Notes: generated by a model not told the origin, from the sequence alone. Counted from the first letter of the stretch, positions 19,604 through 29,323 are shown. The stretch is 64,000 bases of DNA from Candidatus Buchananbacteria bacterium (GCA_013359225.1 JABWCG010000001.1:6410-70409), one strand, 5' to 3'. Numbers and translations: made by a program.

Positions 19604-20881
19604 ATGTGGCTTAAAAAATTAATTCAAATTTGGAAGATTAAAGATTTGCGCCAAAGCATTGTGTTTGTAATGGGAATGCTAGTGATTTTTAGGGTTGCTG
19701 CGCATATTCCGATCCCAGGCATTGACGCTCAGGCTTTGAGCGATTTTTTTGCGTCTAACCAGCTGTTGGGAATCATGAATGTATTATCCGGCGGCGGTAT
19801 GGAGAACTTTTCTGTTGTCGCGATGGGCGTTGCGCCGTATATTACCGCCTCAATTATTTTTCAGTTGTTAGTCATGATTATCCCCAAATTGGAAGAAATT
19901 TCTAAAGAAGGGGAGTCCGGCCAGCGTAAAATTAACCAGTGGACCAGAATGCTTGCGGTGCCGTTGGCATTGATGCAAGCCTATGGTTTGATTGCGATTT
20001 TAAATCAAAGTTCCGGACAAATTTTTGTTGATTTAACTGCGTGGAATTTAGTTATGATTTTAATTACACTCACTGCCGGAACAATGTTTTTGATGTGGAT
20101 TGGTGAATTAATTTCCGAACAAAATATTGGTAACGGAATTTCGTTGATTATCTTTGCCGGTATTGTTTCTTCATTGCCCAGCACTGTTCAGCAGACATTA
20201 TTAACATTTGATCAATCCCAGATTCTAAATTTGATTATTTTTGTAGCCATTGCAATTTTAACCATTGTTGGAGTTGTTATTATTACCGAAGGTCAACGCA
20301 ATGTTCCGGTATCATACGCCAGACGGGTACGAGGAATGAAAATGTACGGCGGCGTTAATACTCATTTGCCGTTGCGGGTGAACATGGCCGGAGTTATTCC
20401 GATTATCTTTGCGATTTCAATCATTCTTTTCCCGCCGATGATTGCTCAGTTTTTCTTAACAGCCAAGACTCCGCTATTGGTTAGTATTGCCGAAAAAGTC
20501 ATTGCCATTTTTGAAGATCAGCTTTTCTACGGCATTACCTATTTCTTGCTAGTCTTTGGTTTTACCTATTTTTATACGGAGGTTGTTTTCAAGCCTGATC
20601 AAATTGCTGAAAACTTACAGAAACAGGGCGGCTTCATCCCGGGCATTCGCCCTGGCAAGCACACTGAAGAATATTTAGCCAATACCACTCATAAAATAAT
20701 TTTAGCTGGTGCTTTATTCTTAGGGCTTATTGCCATTTTACCCCTTATTGTCCGAAGCTTTACTGGTGTTGCAACCTTGGCGATCGGCGGTACTAGTTTA
20801 TTGATTGTTGTTTCGGTTGTTATCGAAACGTTCAAAAAGATTGAATCTCAACTGACCATGCGTGATTACGAGGGGCTTTAA
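19604..20881 (+). CDS. secY: Protein translocase subunit SecY
   Basis: PYITASII, GNGISLIIF, IPGIRPG, GGTSLLI. Confidence 0.99.
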   Translation: MWLKKLIQIWKIKDLRQSIVFVMGMLVIFRVAAHIPIPGIDAQALSDFFASNQLLGIMNVLSGGGMENFSVVAMGVAPYITASIIFQLLVMIIPKLEEISKEGESGQRKINQWTRMLAVPLALMQAYGLIAILNQSSGQIFVDLTAWNLVMILITLTAGTMFLMWIGELISEQNIGNGISLIIFAGIVSSLPSTVQQTLLTFDQSQILNLIIFVAIAILTIVGVVIITEGQRNVPVSYARRVRGMKMYGGVNTHLPLRVNMAGVIPIIFAISIILFPPMIAQFFLTAKTPLLVSIAEKVIAIFEDQLFYGITYFLLVFGFTYFYTEVVFKPDQIAENLQKQGGFIPGIRPGKHTEEYLANTTHKIILAGALFLGLIAILPLIVRSFTGVATLAIGGTSLLIVVSVVIETFKKIESQLTMRDYEGL

Positions 20882-20892
20882 CCTCAATATCT

Positions 20893-21129
20893 ATGGGCTG
20901 GTTTAGCTCCAAAAAAATTTTTAATACTACTCAGCAGATTAAAGACGCATTGTATCAAATTCAAAGCCTTGATTATAAAGAGCGGCCACAAGTTTTGGCG
21001 GCTCTTGTTAAAGAGTTGGATGACGGAGGTGTGAGCCAAGAGGAGATTATCAAAGTCGTTCGTGAGTTGCGCGCCGCGGGAGAAATATCAGAAATTGATA
21101 AAAAAAATCTCCTGTCACTGATTAAATAG
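20893..21129 (+). CDS. Small hypothetical protein
   Basis: Fills the secY-adk gap with tight spacing; 78 aa, predicted helical. Confidence 0.7.
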   Translation: MGWFSSKKIFNTTQQIKDALYQIQSLDYKERPQVLAALVKELDDGGVSQEEIIKVVRELRAAGEISEIDKKNLLSLIK

Positions 21130-21137
21130 ATGCCACT

Positions 21138-21788
21138 ATGAATATTATTATTTTTGGCCCCCAGGGTTCTGGTAAGGGGACTCAAGCGGAATTAATTGCG
21201 AGACGACACGGATTGCCCTATGTTTCAACCGGTGATATTTTTCGATATCATTTGAAAAACGAAACTGATCTTGGACGGCAAGCCGCCGCCTATATGGATC
21301 AAGGAGAGCTGGTGCCTGATGAGTTAACAAATCAAATTGTCCGTGACCGAATTAATCAGCCGGACTGTTCGGTCGGATTTGTGTTAGACGGGTATCCGAG
21401 GAATAAATCACAGCTGGAATTTTTAAATAGCATTAGTAAAATTGATTTTGCCATTATTATTGATATTGATGATGCAGCGGCCATTGAACGTTTGGGTGGC
21501 AGACTGGCTTGCAAGTGCGGCTTGAGTTACCATTTAAAACATAATCCGCCAAAACAAGATGGTATTTGTGATAAATGTGGTAGCCCGCTTTTTAAGCGCG
21601 ATGATGACCAGCCGGAAGCAATCAAAAAACGTTTGGAAATTTATCATCAAGAGACCGAGCCGTTGCTGGATATTTATGATCAGCTGGGGATTTTGCACCG
21701 CGTTGATGGTGCTAAAGAAATAGAATCAGTCTATGAACAGATTGATCAGATTATAAAAGACAATCATTCAAAAAAAGATGAGCAATAA
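21138..21788 (+). CDS. adk: Adenylate kinase (zinc lid)
   Basis: GPQGSGKGTQ, STGDIFR, LDGYPR. Confidence 0.97.
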   Translation: MNIIIFGPQGSGKGTQAELIARRHGLPYVSTGDIFRYHLKNETDLGRQAAAYMDQGELVPDELTNQIVRDRINQPDCSVGFVLDGYPRNKSQLEFLNSISKIDFAIIIDIDDAAAIERLGGRLACKCGLSYHLKHNPPKQDGICDKCGSPLFKRDDDQPEAIKKRLEIYHQETEPLLDIYDQLGILHRVDGAKEIESVYEQIDQIIKDNHSKKDEQ

Positions 21789-22563
21789 AATGATAAAAAA
21801 ACCGGAAGAAATAGCGATGATCAATGAGGGTGGCAAAAAGCTTTCTGAAATTTTAGATCAGCTAGTGGCACAAGCCAAGCCGGGCGTTAAAACCATTGAA
21901 CTTGATCAATTGGCCGAAAAATTGATTATCGAAGCCGGAGGCGTGCCCGCCTTTAAAAATTATCGTGACCGATTAAGCGAACCGCCATTTCCTTCAACGA
22001 TTTGCGCGTCGGTTAATAACCAGCTGGTCCATACGCCGGCTGGAAAATATGCCTTGAAGTCAGGCGATATTTTGAGTATTGATATTGGCATGAAATATCC
22101 GGCTTCCGGCCGGGGGTACTTTACCGATATGGCGGTGACAATTCCGATCGGTGAAATTTCACCCGAAGCAAAGAAGTTGATTGATGTAACCAGGGAGTCT
22201 TTTTATGCCGGGCTGGAAAAAGTAAAAGCCGGCAATCATTTGTCCGAAGTTTCCCGCTCGATCCAGAATTATATTGAGAAAAATGGCTTTTCGGTTGTTC
22301 GCCAGTTGGTTGGCCATGGCGTTGGTTATGAAGTCCACGAAGAGCCAAGAGTACCAAACTATGTTGACCCCAGACAATCCGACCTAGTTTTGGAAGCGGG
22401 GATGGTTTTGGCAATTGAACCGATGGTGAACGTCGGTAGCTATGAAATTGATACCCTTGATGACGGCTGGACAATTGTTACGGCGGACGGCAAACTGTGC
22501 GCTCATTATGAGCATACCATTGTGGTGACTAAGGATGGCGCTAAAATATTGACCAAAAAATAG
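21778..22563 (+). CDS. map: Methionine aminopeptidase type I
   Basis: GHGVGYEVHEEP, AIEPM, HYEHT. Confidence 0.97.
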   Translation: MSNKMIKKPEEIAMINEGGKKLSEILDQLVAQAKPGVKTIELDQLAEKLIIEAGGVPAFKNYRDRLSEPPFPSTICASVNNQLVHTPAGKYALKSGDILSIDIGMKYPASGRGYFTDMAVTIPIGEISPEAKKLIDVTRESFYAGLEKVKAGNHLSEVSRSIQNYIEKNGFSVVRQLVGHGVGYEVHEEPRVPNYVDPRQSDLVLEAGMVLAIEPMVNVGSYEIDTLDDGWTIVTADGKLCAHYEHTIVVTKDGAKILTKK

Positions 22564-22564
22564 T

Positions 22565-23008
22565 ATGTCTATTCTGGCCATTGATTACGGTGCAAAAAAA
22601 ATCGGCCTAGCTAAATCTGATGACCAAAATAAATTCGCGTTACCGCTGGGGATTATCTCTCACACCTCGAAACCAGCAACGTTGGCAGTTCTAAAAAAAA
22701 CCTGCGCTGAACATGCAGTTGAAAAAATTGTTGTTGGCGTACCGGTTAGCTTTCAGTCTGGCGGCAAAAAAACTTTTTGGCGCCAAGTTGATTTACAAAA
22801 TGAGCAGATGAAAGAGGTGCTTAGTTTTATTCACTGGCTAAAAGATGAGATTGATTTGCCGATTGAAATTGAGGATGAGCGTTTAAGCAGTAAAATGGCC
22901 GGTGGGTTGCTCCGAGGTACTGGTAACAAGGGTGCTGATGATCACGTGGCGGCAATGTTGATTTTGCAGACCTACCTTGACCGACAACAACACGATGTCA
23001 ACTCATAA
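22565..23008 (+). CDS. ruvX: YqgF/RuvX RNase H-like nuclease
   Basis: LAIDYGAKKIGLA, DERLSS, AAMLILQTYL. Confidence 0.92.
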   Translation: MSILAIDYGAKKIGLAKSDDQNKFALPLGIISHTSKPATLAVLKKTCAEHAVEKIVVGVPVSFQSGGKKTFWRQVDLQNEQMKEVLSFIHWLKDEIDLPIEIEDERLSSKMAGGLLRGTGNKGADDHVAAMLILQTYLDRQQHDVNS

Positions 23009-23558
23009 TCTTTTAGGCATTATCTTGCGCCAAGCTGATTACCGGGAAGCGGATCAGCTTTTTAATATTTATACTGACACATCGGGCAAAATCATGGCAC
23101 TGGGCCGGGGGACTAAAAAGGTGAGCAGTAAACTTAATTGCCAGCTGCAGAGTTTTAGCGTGATTAATTTAATGATTGCACCGGGGAAAAATTTTGATCA
23201 TATCGCCGGCGCCGATATTCAACATAATTTTTTGCATCTAAAAACTGATTTTAAAAAATCAATTTTGGCATGTTTTGCTTTGGAGCTTGTTGACGTCTTA
23301 ACTAAAACGGGTGAACCGGATTCGCGGATTTATTCATTACTTTTTAAATATCTCAGTGCCTTGGATCAGAATAATTTTACTGATTCCGAATGGCAGGTAA
23401 TTCGTCATGCATTCATTATTAAACTGCTGACATTATTGGGCCTGGCGCCGGGCGCTGATATTATGGCTGACGCTAAAAAATTGAATGCGTTTTTAGATTC
23501 TCACCTAGATTTCCCGCTTAATACGGAAAAATTTATTTCTAAAATGATTCCTGTTTGA
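22995..23558 (+). CDS. recO: DNA repair protein RecO (short; no zinc-finger region)
   Basis: GIILRQADYREAD...GRGTKK.SKL OB-fold; ATG at 22995 overlaps ruvX. Confidence 0.85.
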   Translation: MSTHNLLGIILRQADYREADQLFNIYTDTSGKIMALGRGTKKVSSKLNCQLQSFSVINLMIAPGKNFDHIAGADIQHNFLHLKTDFKKSILACFALELVDVLTKTGEPDSRIYSLLFKYLSALDQNNFTDSEWQVIRHAFIIKLLTLLGLAPGADIMADAKKLNAFLDSHLDFPLNTEKFISKMIPV

Positions 23559-23664
23559 CAGGGGATAACTTTTATCCTACCATTAACTAGGGTGTTGTAC
23601 CTTACAACACTTAAGTACGGTCTGAAGGGCCGCAATCTAAAACGGCTCACAGCCGTCTTTTTTT
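23555..23664 (+). promoter_or_regulatory. Promoter and short leader ending in a terminator (attenuator-like) I
   Basis: TTGACA-17-TACCAT; GTGTTGTA/TACAACAC hairpin; ACGGC-tcaca-GCCGT followed by a T-run. Confidence 0.55.
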
Positions 23665-23718
23665 GTGGGCAGATTTTATGCAATCATTATTTCCGCAAGG
23701 AATAAGGAGTATGACTTC

Positions 23719-23976
23719 ATGAGAAGCAGTCTGGCAGGACAACGATTAGACGCGGGTTGCGTCGAAGAATTGCAGCAGCGCGTTGCCGTTGCAAAAGACG
23801 ACTTACGTCACAAATTTGAGGAGACAAAAGATCTTCCATTCGGGAAAGAAACATTCAGCGGGATTATGGTTCAAGTGCTTACAGCCGCAACACTTTGGGG
23901 CTGGACTGCGGGGTATGATCCTTGCCAAGAGCTCTTGAACTTTAGCCGAGAGTTACAAAACACCTTGGCCGCCTAG
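23719..23976 (+). CDS. Hypothetical protein
   Basis: SD AAGGAG 9 nt before ATG 23719; followed by a strong terminator. Confidence 0.6.
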   Translation: MRSSLAGQRLDAGCVEELQQRVAVAKDDLRHKFEETKDLPFGKETFSGIMVQVLTAATLWGWTAGYDPCQELLNFSRELQNTLAA

Positions 23977-23988
23977 AATCTGTCTTTT

Positions 23989-24023
23989 AAGCTTCGTTGT
24001 CTCGAGGGGTAACGAAGCTTTTT
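23989..24023 (+). terminator. Intrinsic terminator
   Basis: AAGCTTCGTTGTCTC...GGGGTAACGAAGCTT followed by a T-run. Confidence 0.75.
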
Positions 24024-24043
24024 CCTTTCATTTTTTGGCCAAC

Positions 24044-24137
24044 TTGACTAGATTTCGGTTTTTTGATAATGTTTGTCGAAGGGGGTTGGCACTTTGACAA
24101 CCTTAGCAAAAACGGCATGTGAGCCGTTATTTTTTTG
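24044..24137 (+). promoter_or_regulatory. Promoter and short leader ending in a terminator (attenuator-like) II
   Basis: TTGACT-17-TAATGT (TG-extended); GGTTG/CAACC hairpin; AACGGC-atgtga-GCCGTT followed by a T-run. Confidence 0.55.
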
Positions 24138-24274
24138 CGTCAAATCGGGTAGCTGAAGCGTCCAGATCAAGAATTCCTTGGTCTGGCAATGAGTGAAAGT
24201 GAGGGAAGTTGTACAATAACATATTGGGTGTTGGCAGGTTGCACAAGGCAGCAAGACAGTAGGAGATAGGCAGG

Positions 24275-26002
24275 ATGAGGCATTACATTTCAACGCGCTT
24301 GTTGGGTAAAACCAACCAAGCAAGACGCGAGCAGTTTATCAGACTGCTAGCGCTTGGCCTTAGACAGGCCACGTATTTTGGCCGCGGTTTGGAACCGCCG
24401 CCGCTGGACACCGGCAAGCGGGTGACTGTTGCAACGGTGTTTGAAGAAGCGAGTACCAGAACTCGTAACTCAAGTGAAATGGCGGCTTCCCGGCTGCGTT
24501 GCTATGTGCAGCATGGCATTTCGGTAAGCGATTCTTCGCTTGCCAAAAACGAGAGTCTGGAAGACACCTTGACCATGCTTGGTCAGTACGGCGTCTGGGG
24601 CGTGATTGTGCGCACCAAAACAGAAGGTGCCGGACTCTGGTTAGCCCAAGAGCTGCAAAAGCTTGAAGGCGAAGAAACCTGGCTGCCGCGCGGCATGTCG
24701 GTGATTATTGGTGGTGAGGGCAAAAAAACCCACGCCACGCAGCTTCTGCTCGATTGTCTGACCATTGTCCTTAACGAGCTTGGTGCTCGGCGGATGGATC
24801 AGGTCGGCGTCATCGACGAGTTTCTTAAACAACCGGAAGAGCTGGTGCATCAAAAGATCGGCGAGATACTCGACCGGTTGAAGATTTGTTTTGTCGGCGA
24901 CTTGAAGTACAGTCGTGTGGTCCATTCGTGGGCTGATCTTGGCGAACTTTTCACTATTGAATACTGCTTTGTCGCCCCGGAACCGTTTCAGCTGGAAACC
25001 TGGGCGACGCCGCACCGTTCGACGGTAACTACCGACCTTGACGCCTCGCTTGAGTACCCGTATGTCTATTTTATGCGGGCACAAATCGAGCGTCTGACCG
25101 GCACGCCGGACAGTCCTGGTCCGATGACCAAGCGCGAAGCGATTCGGCTTGTTCAATCGCTTGAAGCAAACGAGCAGTATCTTGACCGCTGTCAGGGCAA
25201 GCTGCTTCACGCTCAGCCGCGCGACCAGGCATTGCCGATGATCCCGAATCAGTTCAAGAATCACCCCAAGGTGATCATGCTGATGCAGTCGGCTTGCGGT
25301 GTTCCGGCGCGCGAAGCAGTGCTGATGGAGTGCTATCGGGGTCGGTTTGAAACCGAAGACCTGATTTCGGTGCCCTCAATCGGGTTTGACCAGGCTTGGG
25401 TAACCAAGCAGGAAAGCTGGTACGCTCACTTTGAGGCGCTGAAAGTCAAATCCGCGGGGCGCAACGTCATCATCGAACCGATTGAAAACGGAACAGCCGT
25501 TGATCGGACCGAAGAGCACATGATCCGGGTGCACGACGAAATCTTCGGTGAAGACGGAGTGTATCATCAGGCTAGTGGCCGACAAATCCTGCCTGGCCGT
25601 CGTCTGGATTCGCCCTGCATGGGTCGTCCTAAGGGGACGTTGTGGCTGTATGGCTACCGCATTTCGCCCGAACAGGCGCTTAAGCACGGCTTGATTTCGC
25701 CGCACGTCAAGTTCAGTCATATGGACAAGACAGGCGAAGATGCCGGCGAGAGCGCTCACGGCTACCTGCGGGTTGAATATCCGCTGCCGGAAATAGTTGA
25801 GGGCTTTCGTTGCCTCAACGAAAACTGCATTACGCGTCGGACCGATATCGCCAGGCCGATCTTCAGAGTTCATGGCGAAAAGGGCCGCGAGACGCCTGAC
25901 CACTATGCCGATGCCGGTTTGGAATGCATTTCCTGTGGTGACCGAGTCACCGCAAAAGAAATGGTTCAGGCCTGTTACGGCAGCCTGGTTTTGCACCGCT
26001 AG
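24275..26002 (+). CDS. pyrBI: Fused aspartate carbamoyltransferase catalytic-regulatory protein (PyrB-PyrI), diverged
   Basis: FEEASTRT, SLAKNESLEDT, HATQ, GDLKYSRV, RAQIER, HAQP. C-terminal IENGTAVD and zinc motif CLNENC...CISC. Confidence 0.85.
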   Translation: MRHYISTRLLGKTNQARREQFIRLLALGLRQATYFGRGLEPPPLDTGKRVTVATVFEEASTRTRNSSEMAASRLRCYVQHGISVSDSSLAKNESLEDTLTMLGQYGVWGVIVRTKTEGAGLWLAQELQKLEGEETWLPRGMSVIIGGEGKKTHATQLLLDCLTIVLNELGARRMDQVGVIDEFLKQPEELVHQKIGEILDRLKICFVGDLKYSRVVHSWADLGELFTIEYCFVAPEPFQLETWATPHRSTVTTDLDASLEYPYVYFMRAQIERLTGTPDSPGPMTKREAIRLVQSLEANEQYLDRCQGKLLHAQPRDQALPMIPNQFKNHPKVIMLMQSACGVPAREAVLMECYRGRFETEDLISVPSIGFDQAWVTKQESWYAHFEALKVKSAGRNVIIEPIENGTAVDRTEEHMIRVHDEIFGEDGVYHQASGRQILPGRRLDSPCMGRPKGTLWLYGYRISPEQALKHGLISPHVKFSHMDKTGEDAGESAHGYLRVEYPLPEIVEGFRCLNENCITRRTDIARPIFRVHGEKGRETPDHYADAGLECISCGDRVTAKEMVQACYGSLVLHR

Positions 26003-26022
26003 TTTTTGCTACGGAATTTATC

Positions 26023-26057
26023 AAGCACGGTTGGTGACAATCGTGCTTTTTTCTTTT
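26023..26057 (+). terminator. Terminator after pyrBI
   Basis: AAGCACGGTTG-gtga-CAATCGTGCTT followed by a T-run. Confidence 0.75.
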
Positions 26058-26078
26058 GGTTAAAACAACAATTTTTGT

Positions 26079-26117
26079 AAAAAAAGAAGCGCGACAATTG
26101 GATGTGTTTGTCGCGCC
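26079..26117 (-). terminator. Terminator of the minus-strand hypothetical gene
   Basis: GCGCGACAA/TTGTCGCGC stem preceded by an A-run on the + strand. Confidence 0.65.
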
Positions 26118-26131
26118 GGGGCGGGGGAGGT

Positions 26132-26395
26132 TTACGAGAAGATAGGAGACGCACTCCAGATGTTGAAGACCAGCCTCCCGAAGATCGGATGGCTGAAACT
26201 ACACTGGGAATGATACTTCCCACCTTCTTGCCGGTCTTTCCAGCCATTATACACTCCTTCCGCTTGCGCAATGTTCAAATACTCTTCTGCCTGATGTTCC
26301 GGGATCGCTAAGACCCCTTTGTTTTTGGCGCAGGCAGCGCACCAATGTTCGAACTCTTCTTGTCCGTTAACCGCAATCGCAGCTGTGGCACTCAT
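26132..26395 (-). CDS. Hypothetical protein (CxxC)
   Basis: SD GGAGGTGA before ATG 26395; own promoter TTGACA-17-TATATT (26481-26453). Confidence 0.65.
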   Translation of the reverse strand: MSATAAIAVNGQEEFEHWCAACAKNKGVLAIPEHQAEEYLNIAQAEGVYNGWKDRQEGGKYHSQCSFSHPIFGRLVFNIWSASPIFS

Positions 26396-26581
26396 TTCGG
26401 ATTCACCTCCCTTCTGTGCGAGATTAGTGGCCAAGATTTAAGGATAAACATAAATATAAAGTAAAACGATAATTTTGTCAAGTGTTTGTGAGCTTATTGC
26501 CGGCCCGGGCAAGGTTGCTTTTTAGAAGCAAAAATTGTATGATTAAGGTATTAAACAGCTAATTTTTTATTTATTTAGTCT

Positions 26582-28033
26582 ATGGCAAGAACACCAATCG
26601 CCGAAGTGGTTAATAAGGCGGGTCAACAAGTAGAGGTGATCGGCTGGGTTCATACCAGGCGCGACCACGGTAAGATTATTTTTATTGATTTACGCGATCG
26701 TAGTGGTATTTTACAGGTGGTTTTTGAGCCAAAATTTGCGCAGGCCCACGCCCTAGCAAATAATTTACGTTCTGAATTCGTTATTAAGATTACTGGCACT
26801 ATCAACAAGCGTCCGGAAAAGATGATTAATGCCAAAATTGCCACCGGTACCGTTGAAATGACAGGAGAAGGTCTAGAGATTATCAATGAGGCCAAAACGC
26901 CGCCATTTGAAATTGATGGTGCTCAGGAACCGGGCGAAGAAATCCGAATGAAATATCGGTATCTTGATTTGCGGCGCGAGCGGATGAAAAATAACTTACT
27001 AATGCGCCACCGGATCATCAAAATGGCCCGCGATTATTATGACAATCTCGGATTTATTGAAGTGGAAACGCCGGCTTTGACTAAGGGGACGCCAGAAGGC
27101 GCCAGAGAATTTATCGTCCCGGCCAGAATGTGGCCCGGTAAGTTTTATGTTTTACCGCAGTCGCCGCAGCAGTTTAAGCAGCTATTAATGGTTGGCGGTA
27201 TTGAAAAGTATTTTCAGATTGCCAGGTGTTTTCGCGATGAAGACACCAGAGGCGACCGTCAGGCGGAGTTCACGCAAATTGACGTTGAAATGAGTTTTAT
27301 TGATGAAGAAGACGTGATGAAGATGGTTGAGGAATTAATGATCAAAATTGTCACGGAGCTATATCCAAACAAAAAAATTACCACCCAGCCGTTTCCGCGC
27401 CTGCCCTACGACGAGCTGATGAAGAAATATCATAGTGATAAGGCGGACTTGCGCAAAGACAAAACCGACCCAAACGAACTGGCATTCCACTGGATGGTTG
27501 AACCGCCGGCGTTTAAAAAGTCTGAAACCGAAAAGAAGCTTGTGGCAACCCATCATCCGTTTACCATGCCTAACCTAGAAGACATGAAACAGTATCCGGA
27601 CAATCCGGAAATGTGGCGTTCACGAGCGTATGACTTGATTTTAAACGGCACCGAAATTTGGGGCGGCTCAATCAGAATTCACTTGCATGATATTCAGCAA
27701 AAAGTTTTTGCCATTCTTGGTTTAACTCCGGAAGAAGTGGAAAATCGGTTTGGGCATATGCTTAAAGCGTTTGAATATGGCGCGCCGCCGCACGGGGGAG
27801 TTGCCGCCGGCTTGGATCGCATTGTCAGCATTTTACAAAATGAACCAAGTATCAGAGATGTTATTGCCTTTCCGAAAACCGGTGACAGCCGAGATTTATT
27901 GATGGACGCGCCAAACATTGTCAGTAGCAAAACGCTTAAAGAGGCTAATATCCGATTGTCTGAAGAAGCAATTGCCGCGGCCAAAGAAAAGGGCGAGCGG
28001 CTGGAGGGGTTTGACACGGCCATGGCCGATTAA
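26582..28033 (+). CDS. aspS: Aspartate-tRNA ligase, bacterial type lacking the GAD insertion
   Basis: RRDHG, TPEGAREF, LPQSPQQFKQLLM, FRDED, GAPPHGG. Confidence 0.95.
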   Translation: MARTPIAEVVNKAGQQVEVIGWVHTRRDHGKIIFIDLRDRSGILQVVFEPKFAQAHALANNLRSEFVIKITGTINKRPEKMINAKIATGTVEMTGEGLEIINEAKTPPFEIDGAQEPGEEIRMKYRYLDLRRERMKNNLLMRHRIIKMARDYYDNLGFIEVETPALTKGTPEGAREFIVPARMWPGKFYVLPQSPQQFKQLLMVGGIEKYFQIARCFRDEDTRGDRQAEFTQIDVEMSFIDEEDVMKMVEELMIKIVTELYPNKKITTQPFPRLPYDELMKKYHSDKADLRKDKTDPNELAFHWMVEPPAFKKSETEKKLVATHHPFTMPNLEDMKQYPDNPEMWRSRAYDLILNGTEIWGGSIRIHLHDIQQKVFAILGLTPEEVENRFGHMLKAFEYGAPPHGGVAAGLDRIVSILQNEPSIRDVIAFPKTGDSRDLLMDAPNIVSSKTLKEANIRLSEEAIAAAKEKGERLEGFDTAMAD

Positions 28034-28046
28034 GAGTAAACCACTT

Positions 28047-28349
28047 ATGAAACTATCTGCTTTACAAAAATACATTTTAAAGCAGGCGTTTCTTTCCCGG
28101 GACAAAACTGTTTCCAAAAGTGTACTGGAGAAGTTTTATAGTGACTCCAAAGCTAAGCCTAAGCAAAAAGATTTAGTTAATATTATCAGCCGAAGTGTTG
28201 AACGGTTAATTAAAAAGGAACTAATCATCGGTTACGGGTGGCAGACACCGCATAAGTGGTTTGTTGATAAAGTAAAATTGACCAATAAGGGTCGGTTGGA
28301 GGCCAAAAATTTGTTTGGCATTCAACAAAAATTACCATTTAAAAAATAA
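28047..28349 (+). CDS. Hypothetical basic protein, possible winged helix
   Basis: ATG at 28047 after the aspS stop; ...VERLIKKELI...VKLTNKG wHTH-like pattern. Confidence 0.6.
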   Translation: MKLSALQKYILKQAFLSRDKTVSKSVLEKFYSDSKAKPKQKDLVNIISRSVERLIKKELIIGYGWQTPHKWFVDKVKLTNKGRLEAKNLFGIQQKLPFKK

Positions 28350-28366
28350 TAATTAGATTTAACTAT

Positions 28367-29299
28367 ATGGATCAATTAAACGCGGAGAAGTTTAAAGGGA
28401 AGGGCGCGCTTGACGCGTTCTTGAATTTATTCAGCCTAATTACTTTGGGTTGGATGGCAATCGCGATTGGCATGATTTTGTTTCAGATTATTGACAAGTT
28501 TTTGAGTCCGGGAGCGGTTGGATATCTGAGTGTGTATTCTCAATCAAGTCTGAAATTCGGCGTGGCCTCAGCCCTAATTGTAACGCCAATTTTTTTGCTG
28601 ATTGTTAATTTGCTTCACCAGAATTATCGTAAAGGGACGTTAAACCATGACAGTGGCGTTTATCGCTGGCTGACTTATTTAATCTTGTTAGTAACGGCGT
28701 TAAATATTATCGGACGGCTCATTCAGCTGGTGTTCCAGTTACTGGATGGCGATTATACGCTCGCAAGCATTTTAAAGATTGTGGTGGTGTTGCTTATTGC
28801 CAGCGGGATTTTTGGGTATTACTGGTACGATCTCAAGCGTCATGATTATAGTTCCCGCAGCATGATGTCACAGATATTTTTTGGCGTTATTGTGGCGGTA
28901 GCGCTTGCCTCAATCATTGGTTCATTTTTCATTATCGATTCGCCAAACACTGCTCGGATGAAAAAATATGATCAGCAGCGGGTTAATGATTTGTCCGGTC
29001 TTGATAATTTGATTAATGTTTATTACAACGAGAATAAAAAAGTTCCGGCGGACCTGAGTGAACCGCGTTTTGGGCAGTTTGCCGATCCGGCAACCAGTGA
29101 ACCATACGGATACCGTGCAATTGATCAGACTACCTATGAACTGTGCGCCGACTTTGATTTGGCGGTTGAAGATGAACGCAATACTGAATCGTACTATTAT
29201 GGATATGGCGATAAGAATTGGTATTACCATGATGCCGGTCGTCAGTGCTTTACTTCTCAGGTGTATGATCCGGAAGTTAAGCCTTTGCCAGTTCGTTAG
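28367..29299 (+). CDS. DUF5671-type membrane protein
   Basis: Several TM segments, RWLTYLIL, C-terminal DP.T..PY.Y...YELCA.F domain typical of CPR. Confidence 0.65.
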   Translation: MDQLNAEKFKGKGALDAFLNLFSLITLGWMAIAIGMILFQIIDKFLSPGAVGYLSVYSQSSLKFGVASALIVTPIFLLIVNLLHQNYRKGTLNHDSGVYRWLTYLILLVTALNIIGRLIQLVFQLLDGDYTLASILKIVVVLLIASGIFGYYWYDLKRHDYSSRSMMSQIFFGVIVAVALASIIGSFFIIDSPNTARMKKYDQQRVNDLSGLDNLINVYYNENKKVPADLSEPRFGQFADPATSEPYGYRAIDQTTYELCADFDLAVEDERNTESYYYGYGDKNWYYHDAGRQCFTSQVYDPEVKPLPVR

Positions 29300-29323
29300 T
29301 CTAAAAAATAATAACGAAATTGT

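Noticed and set aside
24641-25996. Long antisense ORFs (207 and 206 aa) opposite pyrBI
   Set aside because: Shadow ORFs of a GC-rich gene; no motifs, SD or promoter.
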